DNA of 20,000 bases from Pseudomonadota bacterium (GTDB lineage Bacteria > Desulfobacterota > Desulfobacteria > Desulfobacterales > JBDRRP01). The position numbers and the translations under genes were made by a program. The notes below the pieces were generated by a model. The model saw only the letters and a program-made list of their open reading frames with translations. It did not search any database and was not told the DNA's origin. Where the stretch lies: the NCBI GenBank assembly GCA_043825735.1, contig JBDRRP010000045.1:50693-70692 (forward strand), read 5' to 3'. Below, one piece after another: positions 17,114 to 20,000 of this stretch. The first letter of the stretch is position 1. Each line of letters opens with the position of its first letter.

Positions 17114-18076
17114 TCATTGTCCGGCCCTGGCCCCGGCGGCGAATGCCGTGATGGCGGTGGCGGTGACCTCCGGCAGTTCCTCCTGGGGGACATGACCGCA
17201 CCCGGCAATGACCTGGAGCCGGCTGCCGGCGATCTCACGGTTAAAGCGCTCGGCATTGGCCAGGGGAATCCACGGGTCCTCGGCGCCCCAGATGATCAGG
17301 GTGGGAACGGCGATCTGCGGGATGCGGGCGACGATGTCGGCGACGGCCTGGTCATCTAATGCCGCCGAGAGCGCCACCTGCGCCGCGAGGGCGCCCTCGG
17401 TGCGCAACCGGTCGAAATAGGCGTCCACCCGTGCCTCGGTCACCCGCTTCGGGTCGTAGTACACCCCTTCGAGCAAGTGGTGGACCATCCAGCGAGAGAA
17501 AAACAGCCCGGCGATGGGCCCCGCCCCGGGCACGGTGGCCGCGCGGATGATCAGCGGTTTTTTGATGGGATACCCGGCGGCGTCGATCAGGACCAGGCGG
17601 TCGATACGCTCGGGGTGCGCAATGGCCAGCATCAGACCGATGCCGCCCCCCAGCGAATTGCCCACGAACACCACGCGCGAGAGCCCCAGTTTCGCCATCC
17701 AGGCATTGACTTCGGCCATGAGGGTCTTGGGTGAATAATCCGCCCCCATGGGCTTTTCCGACCATCCGAACCCCTTCATGTCCAGCGCCACGACCCGGTG
17801 ACCGGCCGATTGCAGTCGGTCAACGATCTCCCGCCAGGTGTCAGTGGAGGAGGCGAACCCGTGGAGCAGCACGATGGGGACCCCGGCGCCCGGGTAATCC
17901 TCGTAGTGGAGCCGAACCCCGTCGACGGTAACGAACCGGTCATGCGCCGACGCCCGGGGCGCCTCCCCGCTGGGCAGTCTTTTCACGAACAGGCCGCACC
18001 CCGAAACGGCCAAAGCTGCCAGGCACAGCAACAGCGGTATCGCAATGAAGTGAAATCGTCGATGGCTCAAGAGCAT
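17114..18076 (-). CDS. alpha/beta hydrolase, probable lipoprotein
   Basis: Start ATG 18076 with GGGAGG RBS. Signal peptide ending VSGC lipobox. HGFASS, DMKGFG, GNSLGG, WGAEDPWIP, CGHVPQEE. Confidence 0.88.
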   Translation of the reverse strand: MLLSHRRFHFIAIPLLLCLAALAVSGCGLFVKRLPSGEAPRASAHDRFVTVDGVRLHYEDYPGAGVPIVLLHGFASSTDTWREIVDRLQSAGHRVVALDMKGFGWSEKPMGADYSPKTLMAEVNAWMAKLGLSRVVFVGNSLGGGIGLMLAIAHPERIDRLVLIDAAGYPIKKPLIIRAATVPGAGPIAGLFFSRWMVHHLLEGVYYDPKRVTEARVDAYFDRLRTEGALAAQVALSAALDDQAVADIVARIPQIAVPTLIIWGAEDPWIPLANAERFNREIAGSRLQVIAGCGHVPQEELPEVTATAITAFAAGARAGQ

Positions 18077-18738
18077 GCGCGCCTCCCGGGATGCCCCATC
18101 AGCAGTCTGTTCTTTGGGGTGATGTCCGCCGGGATTGTCTGTGTCGTGACCGCGTAGCCTTCGTCGCCCAAGCGCACGGCCCTCATGACGTCCACGGCAA
18201 GCGGGCCATTGATCCATCCTTTGAGGCCGCCGGTGTCAGAGGCTTGGATATCCTGGCAGCAGGGCAGAACCGCCACTCTGGCTCCGGCGTTGACGGCTTT
18301 GCTCAGCACAGTATCGGTCAACGCGCCACAGGCGTGTATCGACAGAACGAGGTCGTCTGAAGTGATATCAAAGGCCTGTATGGACGATTCAATGTAGCGG
18401 ACGCGCCCTTGGAGTCTGGGCCATGATTCAGTGATCGACGCGGAAAGCGTGGCGGCACTTTTTGGGAACGTCGCATCGACAGCGACCGCTTCGGGTGAGC
18501 TGTCATCGAGCAGCAGCATGATATGCGCCAGAAGGCCATGCCCACTGGCCAGATCCACAATTCTCCCGCCGCGGTACTTTCTGCGCACCCGCCGGGCGAC
18601 TTCCCACGCCTCGTAAAGTTCCTTGGCCGGAAGAACGCCCGCCCGGCAAACGGCCCTGGCGATGTTTTCAAAAAGGGTGTCGCCCGGAAATTCGGACGAC
18701 TGCTTTGACGTGAGCCGGCTTTTGGATGATTTCAGCAT
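18067..18738 (-). CDS. SAM-dependent methyltransferase (Methyltransf_32-like)
   Basis: Start probably ATG 18738. IVDLASGHGLLA, HACGALTD, LPCC, ITPKNRLL. Confidence 0.85.
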   Translation of the reverse strand: MLKSSKSRLTSKQSSEFPGDTLFENIARAVCRAGVLPAKELYEAWEVARRVRRKYRGGRIVDLASGHGLLAHIMLLLDDSSPEAVAVDATFPKSAATLSASITESWPRLQGRVRYIESSIQAFDITSDDLVLSIHACGALTDTVLSKAVNAGARVAVLPCCQDIQASDTGGLKGWINGPLAVDVMRAVRLGDEGYAVTTQTIPADITPKNRLLMGHPGRRACS

Positions 18739-18792
18739 AATGGGGCTGCTTTTTTCTCCATCTGTCCCTGTATCAAGACCGCCAATGGCAAT

Positions 18793-18929
18793 TTTGATGA
18801 ATCCGTAAAAAAGCAATTTTCTCGCAAAGACGCTAAGCACGCCAAGAAAAACCCAATTAATATTAATGGGTTGTCTTTGCGATCTTTGCGGCTTTGCGAG
18901 AGATCCCGACTTTTTACGGATTCATCAAA
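18793..18929. mobile_element. MITE/REP-like palindromic element (137 bp)
   Basis: Perfect 19-bp terminal IR TTTGATGAATCCGTAAAAA. Internal IR TCTCGCAAAG...CTTTGCGAGA around an AT-rich palindromic core. Confidence 0.85.
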
Positions 18930-19179
18930 TCTGGCGGTCGCCTAAAAGCCATTTTTTGAGAGATCTCGTGATCCAGCGCGCCGGCGCGGCGGTGCCTGCC
19001 CATCCGATGGCCGCCACCATGACATAGAGCATGATCCGGCCGGCCGTGGCCACATCCGGAGGCGTGATGTGGGGAACGATCAGCACCGCGGCGACAAACC
19101 CGGCCAAAAGCCGCCAGGTGTCCGGGGAAAACAGCAGATAAAAGGCAAAATACGTCGGCGTTTTGGGACGTTGTGTCAT
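18925..19179 (-). CDS. small two-TM hypothetical membrane protein (84 aa)
   Basis: ATG 19179 MTQRPKTPTYFAFYLLFSPDTWR followed by two hydrophobic helices. The stop codon lies inside the MITE terminal repeat. Confidence 0.7.
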   Translation of the reverse strand: MTQRPKTPTYFAFYLLFSPDTWRLLAGFVAAVLIVPHITPPDVATAGRIMLYVMVAAIGWAGTAAPARWITRSLKKWLLGDRQI

Positions 19180-19478
19180 AAATTCACGGCATCGGCTGAG
19201 GTTGCTGGAACAGGGGCTTCTATTAGTTGTTTTTTCCCGGGGTTGCAAGCGCATCCGGCCGTACTTTCCCAGACGCGCCGATCGGCATCGGCCGGGCATC
19301 GCTCAGGGCACGCTCTCATCCGGATGCGGCGTCCGCCGTGACCGCTGTCTGCTGGGCCTCAATGGCCGTCTCCGATACTACCGGGTTGCAAAATTTAATT
19401 GAGTTCTTTATAGCATCAATATAGAAGCTGCATATCTACCTGAATCCAAACTGCATTCATAGCTTGAAAGGGGGCGCC

Positions 19479-20000
19479 ATGAACCGGGCTCTCCGAGTAT
19501 GGTGTACGGTTTTGCTCTCCGCCGCGCTGCTGGCAGGGCCAACGACCGCCGCCGATCGCGGCATCGCCGTCACCGGCCCCGGCGCCCTTCCCTACGACAC
19601 CTGGGGCACCTACCATGCGCTGATCATCGGCATCAACGACTACCAGCAGTGGCCCCAGCTCAAAACCGCGGTAAAGGACGCCACTGTCCTCAGCCAGGTG
19701 CTGGTTGACCGTTACGGTTTTGGCAAAAACCGCGTGCTTCTTCGCACGGACGCGGCTGCCACCCGCAACCAGATCACCGCCGACATCCGCGCCCTGGCCA
19801 CCGACATGAAACCCACCGACCCCCTGCTGGTCTACTACGCCGGCCACGGCCAGCTCGAGGAGCTCACCGGCGACGGCTACTGGATCCCCGTGGAAGGCGA
19901 GGCCAACAACCCCAGCTCCTGGATCTCAAACAGCTATCTGAAGGCCATCTTCAGCTCGGAGAAAGTCACCGCCAAGAACGTGGTGGTGATCGCCGACAGC
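19479..20000 (+). CDS. caspase family (peptidase C14) protein with signal peptide, 3' truncated by window edge
   Basis: Not in the ORF track because there is no stop in the window. ATG 19479 after AAGGGGG, signal peptide, YHALIIGINDY, LKTAVKDA, LLVYYAGHG (catalytic His). The window ends at VVVIADS, just before the expected catalytic Cys. Confidence 0.9.
   Translation, partial: MNRALRVWCTVLLSAALLAGPTTAADRGIAVTGPGALPYDTWGTYHALIIGINDYQQWPQLKTAVKDATVLSQVLVDRYGFGKNRVLLRTDAAATRNQITADIRALATDMKPTDPLLVYYAGHGQLEELTGDGYWIPVEGEANNPSSWISNSYLKAIFSSEKVTAKNVVVIADS

Overview
GC-rich bacterial window. The repeat style and small-protein families suggest a Desulfobacterales-like deltaproteobacterium (inference). 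Left part: hrpB helicase, then a minus-strand run of a Tat-signalled aspartate 4-decarboxylase/aminotransferase, an alpha/beta hydrolase, a DUF2157-like and a DUF4824-like gene. A Tat-signalled molybdopterin oxidoreductase is transcribed divergently. The accessory middle (about 8.5-16.4 kb) holds two different ATPase + PD-(D/E)XK genes, an atypical LDH/MDH-family gene, a sigma54-type small-gene pair, and MITE/REP-like elements. Main finding: two short ORF-track fragments plus an untracked C-terminal segment (15442-16197, minus strand) form one 251-codon MerB (organomercurial lyase)-like gene. It has two in-frame UGA codons at the positions of the two MerB catalytic cysteines, each followed by a SECIS-like hairpin, so it is a probable double selenoprotein. 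A conserved promoter with a 19-bp spacer (MerR-type geometry) lies upstream. A second, triply deleted copy of the MerB-like + ATPase unit lies at 8778-9708. Right part: membrane protein, lipoprotein hydrolase, methyltransferase, small membrane protein, and the start of a secreted caspase-family protease.
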